Origin: Candidatus Saccharimonadales bacterium
GTDB lineage: Bacteria; Patescibacteriota; Saccharimonadia; Saccharimonadales; Saccharimonadaceae
Assembly: GCA_030151825.1 (NCBI GenBank)
Contig: JASLCP010000025.1
Coordinates: 1 to 35,404, forward strand
Length of the DNA: 35,404 bases
Direction of reading: 5' to 3'
Below the pieces are notes generated by a model, which was given only the letters and a program-made list of their open reading frames with translations, did not search any database and was not told the origin of the DNA. Positions within the stretch are counted from its first letter, which is position 1; each line of letters begins with the position of its first letter. A program made the position numbers and the translations under genes. Shown in pieces: positions 33,171 to 35,404 of this stretch.

Positions 33171-33806
33171 ATGCATCAACTGAATGACCTTATTGTTTCT
33201 CTTGGGCTCGGCGGTATTATTACAGTTATCTTTATCGAAAGCGCCTTTCCGTTTGGTTTTTTCCTCCCCGGTGACACACTCCTCTTTACCGCAGGTCTCT
33301 TGGCGGCAAAAGGCCATTTTTCGGTCGTGTTGGCCATGCTCTTTATTTTTCTTAGTAACTTTGCCGGTGTCACGATCGGCTACTGGATGGGACGCGGGCT
33401 TGGTAAACGGTATGTCAAGGACGAGCGCAAAATCTTATTCCGCCAAGATTATGTCGATAAGGCCCAAGAGTTCTACAAAAAGCATGGCGGCAAAGCGATT
33501 ATCTTTGGTCGCTTTATTCCTGCTGTTCGATCATTTGTGCCGATTGTTGCTGGTGTCGCCAATATGCACTACCGTACATTGATGTTTTATAACGCCATCG
33601 GAGCGGTTCTTTGGACGGTCAGCGTCACATTACTTGGCTTTTATGCAGGCCACTGGCTCGAGGCGCGCGGAGTCAATGTCGATATGTTGATTTTACCGAT
33701 TATTGCGTTCATCATTATCGTGTCACTACTTGGTCCGTTCATCCATTCACTCACCAATCCAGACGTCCGCAAAAAACTGCTCCGTAAACTCAAATTCAAA
33801 AGGTAA
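33171..33806 (+). CDS. DedA-family membrane protein
   Basis: ORF trimmed from a TTG start at 33111 to ATG 33171 (MHQLNDLIVSL...). DedA signature VIFIESAFPFGFFLPGDTLLFTAG and FGRFIPAVRSFVPIVAG. Confidence 0.85.
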   Translation: MHQLNDLIVSLGLGGIITVIFIESAFPFGFFLPGDTLLFTAGLLAAKGHFSVVLAMLFIFLSNFAGVTIGYWMGRGLGKRYVKDERKILFRQDYVDKAQEFYKKHGGKAIIFGRFIPAVRSFVPIVAGVANMHYRTLMFYNAIGAVLWTVSVTLLGFYAGHWLEARGVNVDMLILPIIAFIIIVSLLGPFIHSLTNPDVRKKLLRKLKFKR

Positions 33807-34373
33807 TTATTCGCTATCGTTCCAACATTTCAGCACATAGGCTGGTGGGAGATTACGATATTCTCGACCGGTCGTCACATACTGAAAAAAGTGATCGAAA
33901 AAGCGCTTTTTAAGAAGAGTATACTGAAACGTTACAAAGACACCATTCGGATGCAGCACGCGCGTCGTCGCTTCGATAATCGCCCGTGATACCTGCGTTG
34001 GCAATGCCGCAAATGGCAGTCCCGATACGACACAATCAACCTGACGACCGTACAGATATTGTCCCAGAATCGCCTCAATGTTTTCGGCCGAATCATGAAC
34101 AACAATCACCGAATCATCATCCTGATACATCGTCTGCAGGCGACGATAAAATACCACGTTCTGTTCGACAAGCACCACACGTGCACGTGGTGATTTGCGC
34201 GCAACAATTTCACGCGTAAATACACCCGTTCCGGGTCCATATTCAACGATTACCTGCGCCCATTCAACCGACGCCGCGTCAGCCATGCGACGTGCCAAAA
34301 ATCGTGAGCTGGGCGTCACAGCGCCAACGGTTCGAATATGTTTGATATACTGCGCCAAAAACAGGCGCCGCAT
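33807..34373 (-). CDS. Class I SAM-dependent methyltransferase (COG3963 / phospholipid N-methyltransferase-like small MTase)
   Basis: 188 aa. TVGAVTPSSRFLARRMA near the N-terminus and SAM motif I VVEYGPGTGVFT. Its ATG overlaps the uvrA stop by 1 nt (TAATG). Confidence 0.6.
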   Translation of the reverse strand: MRRLFLAQYIKHIRTVGAVTPSSRFLARRMADAASVEWAQVIVEYGPGTGVFTREIVARKSPRARVVLVEQNVVFYRRLQTMYQDDDSVIVVHDSAENIEAILGQYLYGRQVDCVVSGLPFAALPTQVSRAIIEATTRVLHPNGVFVTFQYTLLKKRFFDHFFQYVTTGREYRNLPPAYVLKCWNDSE

Positions 34374-35404
34374 TAGTTACCGCCAAGCAGCGGCTTAAGA
34401 TACGCGCCGGTAAATGATCGTGCTACTTTGGCGACTTCTTCTGGTGTACCTTCGGCAACCACCGTGCCACCACCCAGTCCACCTTCGGGTCCCATATCAA
34501 TCACATGGTCGGCTGTTTTAATCACATCCAAGTTGTGCTCGATAATCACCATACTATTGCCACCCTCAACCAGTCGCTGCAAAATCCCCAACAGTCGTTT
34601 GACGTCAGCGCTGTGAAGCCCCGTCGTCGGCTCGTCTAGAATGTAGATTGTCTTGCCGGTACTGCGGCGCGACAGTTCGCTAGCGAGTTTGATTCGCTGG
34701 GCCTCGCCACCACTAAAGGTTGTCGCTGGCTGACCCAAGCGAATATATCCCAACCCGACTTCAACCAACGTCGTCAGTTTACGCTCGATTGTCGGAACAT
34801 TTTCAAAGAATTGCGCGGCTTGTTCAACCGTCATTTCCAACACGTCACTAATCGTCTTGTCTTTATATTTAATCTCGAGTGCCTCGCGGTTATAACGCTT
34901 GCCGTGACAGACATCACACGTCACATAGACATCGGGCAAAAAGTGCATTTCAATCTTGATGACGCCATCACCCTGACAATTTTCGCAGCGACCACCTTTG
35001 ACATTAAAGCTAAAGCGCCCCGCTTTGTAGCCACGAATATTTGCTTCGGGCGTACTGGCAAATAGCTCGCGAATGGGCGTAAAGACACCGGTATAGGTCG
35101 CCGGGTTCGACCGTGGCGTGCGGCCGATCGCTGACTGGTCAATTACAATTGCTTTATCGAGCTGATCTATACCTTCAATGTTTTCGTGCGCACCCGGAAC
35201 AGCTTGCGAACGATGAAGTCGTGCCGATAATTCTTTGGCCAAAATGTCGTTTACTAATGTCGATTTGCCCGATCCACTTACACCGCTAACGACCGTCATG
35301 ACGCCAAGCGGAAACGCGACATCGATATCCTTTAGGTTATTTTCGCGTGCGCCACGAATAATCAAGCGACGATCCTTCTGGACGACTCGACGCTTTTTGG
35401 GGAC
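34373..35404 (-). CDS. uvrA: Excinuclease ABC subunit A (UvrA), C-terminal third only; the 5' part lies beyond the window
   Basis: The frame stays open to 35404 ([25 protein letters not shown]...). Second ABC module: [15 protein letters not shown], Zn-finger CENCQGDG...[33 protein letters not shown]. Confidence 0.9.
   Translation of the reverse strand, partial: VPKKRRVVQKDRRLIIRGARENNLKDIDVAFPLGVMTVVSGVSGSGKSTLVNDILAKELSARLHRSQAVPGAHENIEGIDQLDKAIVIDQSAIGRTPRSNPATYTGVFTPIRELFASTPEANIRGYKAGRFSFNVKGGRCENCQGDGVIKIEMHFLPDVYVTCDVCHGKRYNREALEIKYKDKTISDVLEMTVEQAAQFFENVPTIERKLTTLVEVGLGYIRLGQPATTFSGGEAQRIKLASELSRRSTGKTIYILDEPTTGLHSADVKRLLGILQRLVEGGNSMVIIEHNLDVIKTADHVIDMGPEGGLGGGTVVAEGTPEEVAKVARSFTGAYLKPLLGGN

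Noticed and set aside
1-35404. Search for CRISPR arrays, tRNA/rRNA/tmRNA/SRP/RNase P genes, transposases, integrases and prophage structural genes
   Set aside because: No spaced direct repeats are present. All intergenic regions are shorter than about 230 nt and lack cloverleaf-type or conserved ncRNA core sequences. No ORF shows DDE, tyrosine-recombinase or serine-recombinase motifs.

Overview
Gene-dense chromosomal segment with about 39 protein-coding genes and very short intergenic spacers. I found no rRNA, tRNA, CRISPR array, transposase or integrase. Most genes are housekeeping or envelope and stress functions: uvrC, a partial uvrA, secG, rplY (L25/Ctc), trhO, a TrmH-family methylase, an M24 Xaa-Pro peptidase, a DEAH/RHA helicase, DedA, and VIT, CDF and GltS-type transporters. 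A type IV pilin-like gene, absent from the ORF track, runs off the left edge. The gene content (pilin, membrane-anchored orphan family-5 binding protein, compact UvrC, sortase-like gene, many actinobacterial-type DUF genes) suggests a reduced Gram-positive-type lineage, possibly Saccharibacteria/Patescibacteria-like. That cannot be proven from this window. The most unusual locus is 24.7-27.05 kb: a processive family-2 glycosyltransferase, an unannotated 55-codon membrane ORF and a class-F-sortase-like gene. Their codon usage differs visibly from the neighbours. The cassette is bracketed by a 10-bp direct repeat, and GT2 plus the peptide are bracketed internally by a perfect 12-bp inverted repeat. 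It ends in a strong intrinsic terminator. Other points of interest: an Erm-type rRNA methyltransferase with atypical composition; two compositionally atypical orphan genes (12.6-13.2 kb and 29.07-29.44 kb); an ArsR-LLM oxidoreductase-NADP(F420-type) reductase operon convergent with an FAD oxidoreductase-DUF488 pair; and a recurrent promoter layout with (TGn)TATAAT-like boxes 6-9 nt upstream of ATG and no Shine-Dalgarno, which suggests many leaderless mRNAs. All functional calls come from motif recognition by eye. No database search was run.
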